Position numbers and translations under genes: made by a program
Notes under the pieces: generated by a model
Databases searched by the model: none
What the model saw: the letters and a program-made list of their open reading frames with translations, nothing else
Told to the model about the DNA's origin: nothing
In this document: piece after piece, positions 8,039-19,800 of the stretch
How positions within the stretch are numbered: position 1 is the first letter of the stretch
Layout: each line of letters starts with the position of its first letter
IMG/VR virus record: IMGVR_UViG_3300028388_001810
Span: 1-36,638 of that record
DNA from: a virus
Lineage: Duplodnaviria > Caudoviricetes
Length of the DNA stretch: 36,638 nt
Reading direction: 5' to 3' (one strand)

Positions 8039-9784
8039 ATGACAACACCTAATCAAGAACAAAGAACCAAAGACGGCGCCGGGGAAAAACTTGGAGGTCC
8101 TGGTCCCTATCTTGCTAAAGTAAAAAATCACCTTGACGGTGAATATATGGGTCGACTAAAGGTTGAACTCCTAAAACACAATACAGAAGGCAATAGCACA
8201 GAAACCACCGGACAAACAGTAACCGTTGACTATTTAAGTCCGTTTTATGGCATAACTCCATACAAAGGAGTCAGTGAAAACGAAGGCGGACAGTATACTC
8301 AAAGCAGTTACGGGTTTTGGGCAGTACCTCCTGATATAGACACAACTGTTCTAGTAATATTTGCAGAAGGTAATAGAGGTCAAGGTTTTTGGATTGGCTG
8401 TGTACAAGATCAATACATGAATTTCCAAACACCTGGCCGCGCAAGCACAAGATACAACGAAGAAGCTCCCGGAGAACGCAGACCAGTAAAAGAATACAAC
8501 AAACGCACAGAAGATGGTGCAGGTAATAATCCAACGCAATTTATTAAACCGTGCGATCAAGATGCATGTGACATGCTTAACAGATCAGGACTAATGGGTG
8601 ACAGTATTAGGGGGCATACCAGTTCGAGTGCTAGACGAGAAGTGCCTAGTATGGTTTTTGGCTGGAGTACCCCTGGGCCAGCAGATTGGAGAGATGGGTC
8701 GCCTAGAGTAGCATATGGTGAGAATTTTGGACAGACTCAAGTACCATTTAATCGATTAGGTGGAAGTACATTTGTAATGGATGACGGTGACCCTAGTAGG
8801 TATAGAACAAGTCCTCCGGGACAAGGTCCTAGTGCATATGCTAGTTTAGCAAATGGGGGCTTACCTGAATATCCAGAAAATGAATTAGTAAGATTGCGCA
8901 CAAGGACTGGCCATCAAGTATTGCTGCATAATTCAGAAGATTTAATTTATATACAACATGCAAACGGATCATATATTGAATTTACTTCTAACGGTAAAAT
9001 AGATATCTACGCAAAGGATAGTGTTAGTGTTCATTCTAATAACGATATTAATTTGAAAGCAGATCGTAATATTAATATAGAAGCCGGAAGTGCAATTAAT
9101 ATGAAGTCAGGCACAAATAGTAACTTTGAAAGCGGTTCTGATATGAATCTCAAAGTAGGTGCAAATGGAAAAATTACAACTGGCGGGACAACAAATATCA
9201 CAGCAAGTGGAATGTTTGTAACGTCTAACCCAGTGCATTTCAATGGCCCAGCTGCTGCTGGTGCCGCAGCAGCATCTCCCCCTACTAGAGTGCCAGAAGG
9301 TGGAGGTTGGACTGGAAGCGAAAATAGGAATCCTGCTGCACATACTCCAGAAAAAACAGAAAATGCAGAAGGCACTAGTGCTCCACCAGTAACCGGTGAC
9401 GGAACCACAGCAGAGCAAACCCCAGAAGGTGCAGGAGAAGTTACACCAAACGATACATTTGAACAATGTCCACCTCAAGAGACAAATGATGGTAGTGCTC
9501 CTGCTGCTAGTACAGATACTCCTACAGACACGCAAACACAAGAACTTCTGGCAACACCTTCTTCAGAACTTGAGAGTGAAATTGTCGATCCTGCGGTAAG
9601 ATCAGGAAGGCCTTTTAATGATAGAGAAAGAACTGCCGCAGCAATACTACAAACAAGAGGAGCCGATGCAGTAGCAGTTCCCGGAGGTGCAGCCGAACAG
9701 CAAAAGTTTATCGATGAAGTACTACGAGTTAGGAATCTTGGCGCAACAAAAAATCCTAGTAGAGCTGAATTAACAAGGGAATAA
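8039..9784 (+). CDS. Baseplate central spike, gp5/VgrG-like, no lysozyme domain recognised
   Basis: N-terminal OB-fold (YMGRLKV, SYGFWAVPPDIDTTVLVIF, FWIGC), RTRTGHQVLLH, 8-residue beta-helix repeats (DINLKADRNINIEAGSAINMKSG) and a low-complexity C-terminus. Confidence 0.85.
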   Translation: MTTPNQEQRTKDGAGEKLGGPGPYLAKVKNHLDGEYMGRLKVELLKHNTEGNSTETTGQTVTVDYLSPFYGITPYKGVSENEGGQYTQSSYGFWAVPPDIDTTVLVIFAEGNRGQGFWIGCVQDQYMNFQTPGRASTRYNEEAPGERRPVKEYNKRTEDGAGNNPTQFIKPCDQDACDMLNRSGLMGDSIRGHTSSSARREVPSMVFGWSTPGPADWRDGSPRVAYGENFGQTQVPFNRLGGSTFVMDDGDPSRYRTSPPGQGPSAYASLANGGLPEYPENELVRLRTRTGHQVLLHNSEDLIYIQHANGSYIEFTSNGKIDIYAKDSVSVHSNNDINLKADRNINIEAGSAINMKSGTNSNFESGSDMNLKVGANGKITTGGTTNITASGMFVTSNPVHFNGPAAAGAAAASPPTRVPEGGGWTGSENRNPAAHTPEKTENAEGTSAPPVTGDGTTAEQTPEGAGEVTPNDTFEQCPPQETNDGSAPAASTDTPTDTQTQELLATPSSELESEIVDPAVRSGRPFNDRERTAAAILQTRGADAVAVPGGAAEQQKFIDEVLRVRNLGATKNPSRAELTRE

Positions 9785-9788
9785 ATAC
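9781..9788 (+). promoter_or_regulatory. Late promoter ATAAATAC overlapping the gp5-like stop
   Basis: TAA 9782-9784 is the stop codon. The gp25 ATG is at 9792. Confidence 0.6.
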
Positions 9789-9791
9789 GGT

Positions 9792-10241
9792 ATGAGCACA
9801 CTAGAGAAAAAACTTTACAAAGAAATTACTGTACGTCCAAATGTAAGAACTGATTATGGAATTGGATCAAAAACGTATAGAGGCTTTAGCACAGTTAACA
9901 ATGATGCAACAAGTTTTGTACTCTATGATCAAGAGCTTATAAAACAGGATATAATTAATAATTTCCATATACGACAAGGTGAATTATTAAGTAATCCTGA
10001 ATTTGGCACTATTATCTGGGACGTAATTTTCGAACCTCTTACTGATCAATTGAAAAATGCAATTGTTGAAAACACAACTCAAATTGTAAACAGTGATCCT
10101 AGAGTAAGCGTGGACAGTGTTATAGTTGATCAGTACGAAAGTGGTATATTAATAGATGTTACTCTTGTGTTCCTTCCATATAATATTGCAGAAAGTATGC
10201 GTCTTACCTTTGATGAAAACAACGGTTTTGTAACCGGGTAA
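9792..10241 (+). CDS. gp25: Baseplate wedge/sheath initiator gp25
   Basis: YRGFST, LIKQDIINNFHIRQGE...PEFGTIIWDVIFEP, DPRV: GPW/gp25 family pattern. Lies between gp5-like and gp6. Confidence 0.9.
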   Translation: MSTLEKKLYKEITVRPNVRTDYGIGSKTYRGFSTVNNDATSFVLYDQELIKQDIINNFHIRQGELLSNPEFGTIIWDVIFEPLTDQLKNAIVENTTQIVNSDPRVSVDSVIVDQYESGILIDVTLVFLPYNIAESMRLTFDENNGFVTG

Positions 10242-10242
10242 T

Positions 10243-10274
10243 TAAATACGCACTTATCTAATTTCAATAAATAC
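10243..10274 (+). promoter_or_regulatory. Tandem late promoter cores upstream of gp6
   Basis: TAAATA at 10243-10248 and ATAAATAC at 10267-10274. GAAGGA SD before ATG 10299. Confidence 0.65.
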
Positions 10275-10298
10275 TGTATATAACGAAGGAAGCAAAAT

Positions 10299-13200
10299 AT
10301 GTCATCTACAGATAGACAAAACAGACTGCTAGTTGCAGAAGATTGGAAGCGTATATATCAATCATATCGCAACGCAGATTTTAAATCATATGACTTTGAC
10401 AATTTACGTCGAACAATGATCAACTATCTACGTCAAAACTATCCAGAAGATTTTAACGATTATATTGAAAGTTCAGAATATCTTGCACTGATTGATCTTA
10501 TTGCATTTTTGGGTCAAAATTTTGCTTTCCGTAATGACCTTAATGCAAGAGAAAATTTTCTAGAATTAGCAGAACGCAGAGAGAGTGTACTGCGTCTAGC
10601 ACGTTTGCTTTCTTATAATCCTAAACGCAATCAAGCAGCAAACGGTTTACTTAAAATTGAAAGTGTACAAACGTCTGAAGAATTGCGCGATAGTAACAAT
10701 GTTAATCTAGCCAATCAAACTATTCTTTGGAATGATCCTGCAAATACCAATTGGTATGAACAGTTTATTAAAGTTATGAACGCTGCATTGCCTGTTAATA
10801 ATGCTTTTGGAAGACCGGTTAAGTCTGATAATGTAAACGGCGTACCTACACAACAGTATAGATTTAACAGCACAAATGCTGACACTCCAGTTTATGGATT
10901 CAGTAAAACAATCGACGGAGTAAGTGCTAGGTTTGAAATTGTAAGCACAGATGTAGTTGATGGTTCTATTATAGAAGAACCACCGTTTCCTGGTAATAAT
11001 TTTGCATTTCTTTACAGAGACGACGGTAGAGGGTTTGCTAGTTCTAATTCAGGATTTTTTTGTCACTTTAGACAAGGTACATTAGATCAAGGCACATTCA
11101 ACGTACAATCTCCAAGCACTAATCAAGTAGTAGCTATTGATGCAGTCAATGTAAACAATACAGATGTTTGGTTATACAAGCTTGATAGTTTCGGAGCGGA
11201 AGAAGAACTTTGGACAAGGGTTGATGCTGTTGAAGGTAACAACGTAATTTATAATAGTTTAAGTAAAAGCATTCGTAATATCTATAGTATTTTGACCAGA
11301 GCCAATGACAGAATCAGTTTAATATTTAGTGACGGAACATTTGGCAATTTGCCACAAGGGCAATTCCGTATATACTATAGGACTAGTAAGAATCAGAGAC
11401 TTGTGATTGACCCTGCAGACATGAGAGGATTATCTATACGTATTCCTTACTTGAGTAAAACAGGCAAACAGGAAAATCTTAACATAGTTTTTTCTTTGCG
11501 ATACACAGTAGACAATGCTTCTGCAAGCGAAACAAACACAAGTATTAAAGCAAATGCACCTGCAACTTATTATACTCAAAATAGAATGGTTACAGCAGAA
11601 GACTATCAAATTGGGCCGTTGGCTGTAAGCCAAGAAATTGTAAAAGCCAAAAGTGTGAATAGACTAGCAAGCGGAATCAGTAGGTATTTTGATTTAAAAG
11701 ATGCTACTGGAAAATATTCCGAAACTAATTTGTTTGCAAAAGACGGTGTTGTTTACAAAGAATTTTTAAACCCTAAACAGACCTTTAGTTTTGTTACTAG
11801 AACAGATGTTGAGGGTGCTATTGTAAATGTTATAGAACCTATACTAGGTGATAGAAAGGTCAAAAACTTTTATCTAAATAGTTTTCCAAAAACACTTGTA
11901 GGTGATTTGAACGTAATATGGAATAATCTAACCAGTGATACAAATCAAAGCACAGGTTATTTTACAAATGCAAGCGGCCTACGTGCTGAACTTGGGCAGT
12001 TTACTGCTAGCACATTGAAATTAATTAAGCCAGGATCTCTTGTGAAATTTGAGGCTCCAGAAGGTTTTCATTTTATGGCTGATAATCAGCATGGGCTTAT
12101 GGAAGGCGCTGCTGACCATCCAAACGCTGTTACTTATAAATGGACTAAAGTAGTCAGTGTTATAGAAAACGGAACAACAACGCAAGACGACGGCACCGGG
12201 CCTGTATTATTTAATGACGTAATACCTAGTGGAGCTAGACTTGTGCAAATTGTGCCCAGACTAGCCACTGCACTACAAAGCCAGGTAAAGACACAAATTA
12301 TTGATCAAACATTTGCTTATAGAACATTTGCTTTACGTTTTGATACTAATATAGGCGAATGGCGAGTAATCACAAATAATAATTTGAATGTTAGTAATGA
12401 TTTTAGTATTGGTAAGGCAGGTGACAACACAAATCAGCAGCTTGATGCTAGTTGGCTTTTATTGTTTGAAACAGATGGGGACAAATATACTATTACATAT
12501 AGGGCTAGTAGATATGTTTTCGAAAGCGACGACGAAGTGCGTTTTTATTACGATAGTTCTGATAAAATCTACAATAGTTCAACTGGTGAGATTATAAAAG
12601 ATAGAATAAGTGTGTTAGAAATCAACACACAGCCAGATACTACACAAAGCTTTACAGTCAATTACGATTGGGAAGTCGTTGAAGAATATAGAGATGCAGA
12701 AGGATACGTAAACAGTAAAAAAATACAGGTTAGTTTTTTTGATAGCGATGACGACGGCGTTGTAGATGACCCGGATATTTTTGATGTAATTGTAGATGAA
12801 GCAACGAATACCACTTCGAAATATATTTTCCTGCAAAAAAATACCACCAGCGATGGTGTGGAAGATTTTAATTACGTCGAACAAAGCGATTTAGATGTAA
12901 TTGTATTAGCAAGTAAAAATAATATAGGCGCTTTGAGTCAGTATGAAGAAAGTCAAATTTTTTATTATATTGATCAAGATATATTTGAAGTTTTAAACAA
13001 ATCTGCAGGAACATTATCGATTACACAAGAATATAAAGCTAGAGTCGGAAGAGACGACTTAAAATTTCAATACATACATGCAGCAGATGCTAGCACCAGA
13101 ATTGACCCTAGTGTAAGCAATATCATAGACACATATCTGCTCACAAGAAGTTATGATACACAATTTAGACAGTATCTAGAAGGCACTACATCAGATCTTC

Positions 13201-13805
13201 CTTTACCGCCAAGTTCAGATGAGTTATTTTTAAACTATGGCGAGAATATTAACAAGATAAAATCATTAAGCGACGAAGTAATTTATCATCCAGTTAAGTA
13301 CAAAATACTTTTTGGCGATAAGGCAACTACAGATTTGCAAGCAAAGTTTAAGATTGTAAAAAATTCAGATATTGTGTTAAATGACAACGATGTAAAAAGT
13401 CGTGTTATTGCAGCGATAAACCAATTTTTCGCACTAGAAAACTGGGAATTTGGGGAAACGTTTTATTTCTCTGAATTAAGTACATATGTAATGCAACAAT
13501 TAGCACCAGATCTTGTTACTTTTGTTGTCGTTCCAAATCAAAATACACAAAGTTTTGGAAGTTTGTTTGAAGTAAAATCAGAATCGGACGAAATTTTTAT
13601 AAGCGGTGCAACTGTTGATGACGTTGATATTATTGATGCAGTCACAGCGTCCAGATTACGAGCAACAGGTGTTGTTATTACATCTACAAGCTCTGCTAAT
13701 GTAGGAATACAAAGTAGCGGGTTAAATGCAAGTTCCAGCAGTTCAAGTTCGAGTAGTTCAAGCAGTTCGGGATCTAGCAGTTCAGGTGGAGGATATAGTT
13801 ACTAA
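10299..13805 (+). CDS. gp6: Baseplate wedge protein gp6 (long form)
   Basis: DFKSYDFDNLR...YPEDFNDYIESSE, AERRESVLRLARLLSYNPKR, FSDGTFG, QNRMVTAEDY: gp6/baseplate-J motifs. Confidence 0.9.
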   Translation: MSSTDRQNRLLVAEDWKRIYQSYRNADFKSYDFDNLRRTMINYLRQNYPEDFNDYIESSEYLALIDLIAFLGQNFAFRNDLNARENFLELAERRESVLRLARLLSYNPKRNQAANGLLKIESVQTSEELRDSNNVNLANQTILWNDPANTNWYEQFIKVMNAALPVNNAFGRPVKSDNVNGVPTQQYRFNSTNADTPVYGFSKTIDGVSARFEIVSTDVVDGSIIEEPPFPGNNFAFLYRDDGRGFASSNSGFFCHFRQGTLDQGTFNVQSPSTNQVVAIDAVNVNNTDVWLYKLDSFGAEEELWTRVDAVEGNNVIYNSLSKSIRNIYSILTRANDRISLIFSDGTFGNLPQGQFRIYYRTSKNQRLVIDPADMRGLSIRIPYLSKTGKQENLNIVFSLRYTVDNASASETNTSIKANAPATYYTQNRMVTAEDYQIGPLAVSQEIVKAKSVNRLASGISRYFDLKDATGKYSETNLFAKDGVVYKEFLNPKQTFSFVTRTDVEGAIVNVIEPILGDRKVKNFYLNSFPKTLVGDLNVIWNNLTSDTNQSTGYFTNASGLRAELGQFTASTLKLIKPGSLVKFEAPEGFHFMADNQHGLMEGAADHPNAVTYKWTKVVSVIENGTTTQDDGTGPVLFNDVIPSGARLVQIVPRLATALQSQVKTQIIDQTFAYRTFALRFDTNIGEWRVITNNNLNVSNDFSIGKAGDNTNQQLDASWLLLFETDGDKYTITYRASRYVFESDDEVRFYYDSSDKIYNSSTGEIIKDRISVLEINTQPDTTQSFTVNYDWEVVEEYRDAEGYVNSKKIQVSFFDSDDDGVVDDPDIFDVIVDEATNTTSKYIFLQKNTTSDGVEDFNYVEQSDLDVIVLASKNNIGALSQYEESQIFYYIDQDIFEVLNKSAGTLSITQEYKARVGRDDLKFQYIHAADASTRIDPSVSNIIDTYLLTRSYDTQFRQYLEGTTSDLPLPPSSDELFLNYGENINKIKSLSDEVIYHPVKYKILFGDKATTDLQAKFKIVKNSDIVLNDNDVKSRVIAAINQFFALENWEFGETFYFSELSTYVMQQLAPDLVTFVVVPNQNTQSFGSLFEVKSESDEIFISGATVDDVDIIDAVTASRLRATGVVITSTSSANVGIQSSGLNASSSSSSSSSSSSSGSSSSGGGYSY
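13731..13802 (+). repeat. Poly-serine/glycine low-complexity tail of gp6
   Basis: Encodes S13-G-S4-GGG-YSY with mixed AGY and TCN codons. Confidence 0.9.
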
Positions 13806-16800
13806 TGGCATACGATAACGATCAAAACGAGCCAGCTCTTCCAGTAGGAGGAGATAGCAAAAGAAAAAGTGCTAATCATCTACCCCGTTATTATAGAACG
13901 CAAACCAATCGTAAATTTTTATCTAGTACAGTAGATCAATTAATACAGCCCGGAGTTGTAGAAAAAATTAACGGATATGTTGGTAGGGAAACAGCTAAAG
14001 CATTTACTTCAACTGACAATTATATAGGGGACGTAAGTACAGCAAGACAAAATTACCAATTTGAGCCAGCGTCGGTTATTAAGGATAATTTAAATAATGT
14101 AACTTTTTATAAAGACTATAATGACTATGTAAACCAACTTAATAGTTTTAACAAAGGCATTCAAGATCATAGTGTTTTTAATAGTGAAGAATATTATGCA
14201 TGGAATCCAAATATAGATTGGGATAAATTTTCAAACTTTAGAGAATATTACTGGCTTCCTAATGGACCGCAAAGTATACCTGTACCTGGTAATACTGTTG
14301 ATGTTGAAAGTAACATAAAGGTGACTATTGGCGACAACGTAGATAATAACACATACATTTTTTCAAATGCAGGCACTGTTAATAATCCTACAATTACTTT
14401 GTATAGAGGCCAAACATATCATTTTGAAATCAACACACCTAATTTGCCGTTCACAATTAAAACACAAAGGACTTTAGAAGACGACTTTGCTTTAGACTCA
14501 AGCAGTATTTTCGTTTTAGAAGGTGTAAGTATACAAAATCTTGAAAATGGAAAAACTACAGTAAAACTAGGTGAAGATGTACCAGATATAATTTATTATG
14601 TCGCAGCAAATGATATTAATGCTGCCGGAACAATTATTGTAAAAGATATCGAAGAAGCAACATTTATTGATGTTGAAAGCGAAATTTTAGGAAAGCGTTA
14701 TTATAGAACATCTAGTGGAATAGATCTTTCAAATGGAATGAAAATTTATTTTACTGGCGATGTTGAACCGTCTGCATATGCAGAAGGTGCATACTATGTA
14801 GAAGGAGTAGGTGACAGCATAAAACTTGTATCTGAAATAACATTAAACACTCCTACATCTTTTACAGACGATATAGTTTTAGAATTTGACGACGAAGAAG
14901 TTGGTTTTGATCGATTGCCTTACGGTACAGCAGTCGGTTATCCAGCATCTAAAGATTATTTTGTTATCAACAGATCGTCAGTAGACGGTAATCTTTGGTC
15001 TAGATATAATAGATGGTTCCATAGGAGTGTAATCGAAACTTCAGCAGCCGCAAATAGTCAACCAGTGTCCGTAGATCAAAATTCAAGAGCCAAACGTCCT
15101 ATTATTGAGTTTGACGCTGGCCTAAAACTAGCTAATTTCGGAACCTTTGCAAAACTTGATGTAGATCTAGTTGACGACTATACAGCAGACGTATTTTCTA
15201 TTATAGAAGGAAGCCAGGGGTATAATATAGACGGTGTTGATGTTGTAGCAGGTATGAGGATACTATTTACAGCAGATACAGATATACTTGTAAAAGGAAG
15301 AATATTTGAAGTAGAATTTATAAATTTTGCAAGCGGTGCAACTTCTAATAGACAAATACATTTGAAAGAAGTTTCTGACACAGAACCTTTAGAAAATGAA
15401 GTTGTTTTAGTACGCCAAGGAAGTGATTATTCTGGTAGACTTTTCTACTATAATGGCGAAGAATGGAGTCTTGCCCAAAATAAAACAAGTATTAATCAAC
15501 CTCCATTATTTGATGTATACGACGAAAATAGTACATCCTATGACGATACTACAGTGTATCCTGCTAATAATTTCCAAGGCACTAAAATCTTTAGTTACAA
15601 AGAAGGAACAGGTAACGTAGATAATGAACTTGGTATAAGTGTGTCATATAGAAATATAGAAAATGTAGGCGATATTATTTTTGATTTTAATCTGTTACAA
15701 GATAGTATGACTTATACATCAGAAAATAATATTCTAACCAAAAACACTAATACAGGTTATGTAAGAAAATATTCTGACAGAACAACTTTTGAAACATTGA
15801 ACGGATGGGTTTTGTCAGAAACAGATAGTTATCAACCAGTAATACGTCAGTACGTATTTGATAATTCAACAGTTGGATTCGAAGTAGATGTATATGATAA
15901 TTCTGCAAGTATAGACGACATGTGGATTAGAGTATATCTAAATAATGATCTAAAATTTGAAAACGTAGATTATACATTAAGTACTAATATTCAAGGTAAT
16001 ACGGTTGTAAATTTCATCAATGATTTAACTTTAGGCGATATTATTTGTATTAAGACAAAAAGTGATGCTCTAAAAAATGACAACGGTTTCTATGAGATAC
16101 CTATTAATCTAGAAAGAAACCCACTCAATGAAAACCTAGTAGATTTTACTCTAGGCGAAGTAAATGATCATGTAAGCACAATTGTTGAATCAACAGATGA
16201 ATTTTCCGGAATATATCCAGGACCCAGTAATTTAAGAGATCTAGGTCCAATAGCAAAGTACGGTAAAAGATTTGTACAACACAGTGCTCCCTTAAATTTA
16301 AGTTTGTATCATCTTTTAACAAAAGATAGTAATGTTGTCAAAGCTATTGATTTTGCAAGAAAAGAATATGCAAAATTTAAAAGACTTTTTATTACTACAG
16401 CAAATGAATTAGGTTTTGATGGACCTGTAAAAGATCACGTAGATAAGATACTACAAGAAATAAACAGATCTAAAACAAAAGCTATGCCGTTTTTCTTTTC
16501 TGATATGGTTCCACTTGGTGCTACTAGTAAAAATTCATACACTATTGATGATTCTGATTTTACATTCTTTGGATTAAGCGAAACATTTATACTTTCTGAA
16601 CAAACTCGCAGGGCCGTGCAAGTTTATCAAAATGGTTTACAATTAACTTATGGTAAAGATTATACCTTTAATACCGAAGGATTCTGTGTTATTACAGCAA
16701 CAAAAGAACTAGACGATTTAATTGAAATATACGAATATGAAACTACAAACGGATCTTTTGTACCACCCACGCCGACAAAATTAGGACTGTATCCTAAATA

Positions 16801-19800
16801 TGAGCCTGTCGTATACACAGATAATACATATCAGACTTTTTATGATGACGAAGGAATACCAATAGACGGATCAGGGCCTAGAAAAGTTATTCAGGGTCAC
16901 GATGGTAGTTTAACGTTTGCATATAATGATTTTAGAGATGACTTAATTTTAGAGTTAGAAAAGCGAATATATAATAATATCAAAGTAGAATACGATACAA
17001 CTTTATTTGATATACATGATTTTGTAGGTGGCGAATTTAGAAATACTAAAATCGATAGAAATCATTTAGATAAACCTATGTTAGGCGATTTTGTTGACTG
17101 GAGTAACTTTGTAGAAACAGATTACACACTTCATGATTTTTTTGAGCGTACTAATCGATTTACTTTTAATTACAAAAATCTACAATCGCCTAGCAACAAA
17201 ACACTTCCTGGATTTTGGAGACAAATATATAAGGAAGCTTATGACACCGATCGACCACATACTCATCCGTGGGAGCTGTTAGGCTATACAATTAAACCAA
17301 CTTGGTGGGAAGAAGTGTATGGACCTGCTCCGTATACTAGAGATAATTTAATTCTATGGCAAGACCTAGAAGGTGGCGTTGTAAGAGAACCTAATAAAAA
17401 ATTAGCTACACTAGAAAAATACAAGCGACCGAGATTAACTAGTCATATTCCAGTAGATGAATCTGGAAATCTTCTTGCGCCTGTTGATAGCGGGTATATT
17501 AGAAATTATACAACTCAAAATATAGATGATAGTTTTGTATTTGGAGACGGTGCACCTGTTGAAAGTGCCTGGCGTAAGAGTTCAGAGTACCCTTTTAGTT
17601 TAATAAAGTCTATAGTCATTAATAAACCTAGCAAAGCGTTTGCTACAGCATTTGATAGAATTAGACAGGTAAGAAATATTGCAGGACAGTTAGTATACAG
17701 CACCACTAGCCAAAGACTAAAACTTTCTGACATTATATTTCCTAACACTGCTGAAGAAGAAATACAGATTTATACAGCTGGACTTGTCAATTATGTCAGC
17801 AATTACATGACTGCAGATGTATTAAGATCATATGAGCTTTATAAAACTAATATTGCGTCTATTACAAACCAATTAGGTTTTAAAATTGCAGGTTTTACAG
17901 ACAAAGACAAGTTTAGATTAGTTCTTGACAGTAGAACACCCACAAACGAAGGAAACGTTTTTATTCCTGACGAAAATTATCAAATATTCTTAAACACCAG
18001 CAGTCCGATTGAGACTATATCTTACAGTGGTGTTATCATAGAACGCAGAGATGACGGTTATGTGATCAAAGGGTACGACAGACAGAATACAGTTTTTAAA
18101 TATCATAGAGCAGTAAGTTCACAGAATGATCCTAGTATTAATATAGGCGGAGTAAGTGAACCATTCTTGATTTGGGATTCTGGAAAACAATACATTCCTG
18201 GTACAAATGTCGAATTTGAAGGATCCTACTATAGGGTAAAGACTGCACACACAAGCACTGATGACTTCGACACGGAAAATTTTGCAAAGCTTCCGTTTCT
18301 TCCATTAATTGGAGGCAGAAATGCATTTATTAGAAAGCAATTTATTGAAACATTTGAAGAAGAATTAAAATATGGGACAATACTTCCTACAATACAAGAT
18401 GTAGTTGATTTTCTATTAGGATACGGCGATTGGTTAGAATCAAAAGGATTTGTATTTGATTATTTCGAAAGTGATTCAGGTAATGTTATAAACTGGAGAC
18501 ACAGTGTAAACGAATTTTTATTCTGGACAACACAAAATTGGGCAGTTGGTAGTGTTATTGCATTAAGTCCTACTGCTACAAGATTAAAATTCAATTCTAT
18601 TAATAGTACAGTAGACAATATTTTCGATAGCTTTTATGGATATACTCTTTTAAAATCAGACGGTAACAAGCTAGTAGAAGAATTTAGCAGCCTAGGAAGA
18701 GAACCAAACGAATTTATAATACAGCCTAAAAATACTGAAGATGGAATTTTTGCAGTAAGACTTCCGCTAGTGCAAAAAGAACACGTTTGTTTAATCGATA
18801 ACAGAACTGTGTTCGGCGATGTAATTTATGATCTACAGCCTGGGTATCGTCAGGAAAGGATAAAAGTCCTAGGGTATCGCACAGATGGTTGGGACGGAAG
18901 TTTAAACATTCCAGGATTCATATATGATAACTTAATCATAGAAGAATGGGAAGCATGGAAAGATTATACCATAGGTGATGTTGTAAAATACAAAGAGTTT
19001 TACTACGCTGCAAGTAACAAAATTCCAGGCGAAGCAACATTTACAAGTTCTAATTGGAATAGATTAACAGAGAAGCCAGAGCCTGGCTTGTATGCAAACT
19101 TTGAATACAAAACCAACCAATTTGCAGATTTTTATGATTTAGATAGCGATAACTTTGATACCGAACAACAAAGATTAGCACAACATCTAATAGGATATCA
19201 AAAACGTCAATATCTAGAAAATATTGTTAATGACAGTGTAAGTCAATATAAATTTTACCAAGGATTTATACAGGACAAAGGAACACAAAATGCATTAACA
19301 AAACTGTTTGATGCTTTAAGTTCAGACGACAAAGACAGTTTAGAGTTCTATGAAGAGTGGGCAATTAAAGACGGGCAATACGGTGCTTCAGAAGGCTTTG
19401 AAGAAATTGAATATAAATTAGACGAATCAAAATTTAGATTAACTCCGCAGCCTATAGAATTAGTAAATTCTATCACAGGTAACGAAACTGATTTAATCTA
19501 TAGAATATTACCGTTTGAAACATATGTAAAAAACAGTGATTATAATCATAGTGCTGCATTTCCGGGCAAAACTATTCTAGATACATATATCAAAAATGCT
19601 GGGTATGTGAATCAAGAAGATGTGCAAGGTATTACAACAACATACGAAGATATAACAAATTTCTTTTACACGCAAATTGATAAAGGCAGTTATATATGGG
19701 TAGGTAATGAAAATAGAACATGGAATGTATACAAACATGTTGATACACCTTACACAATCGAAAGTATAGAATCAGGTGATAGCCAATTTACTATCACTGT

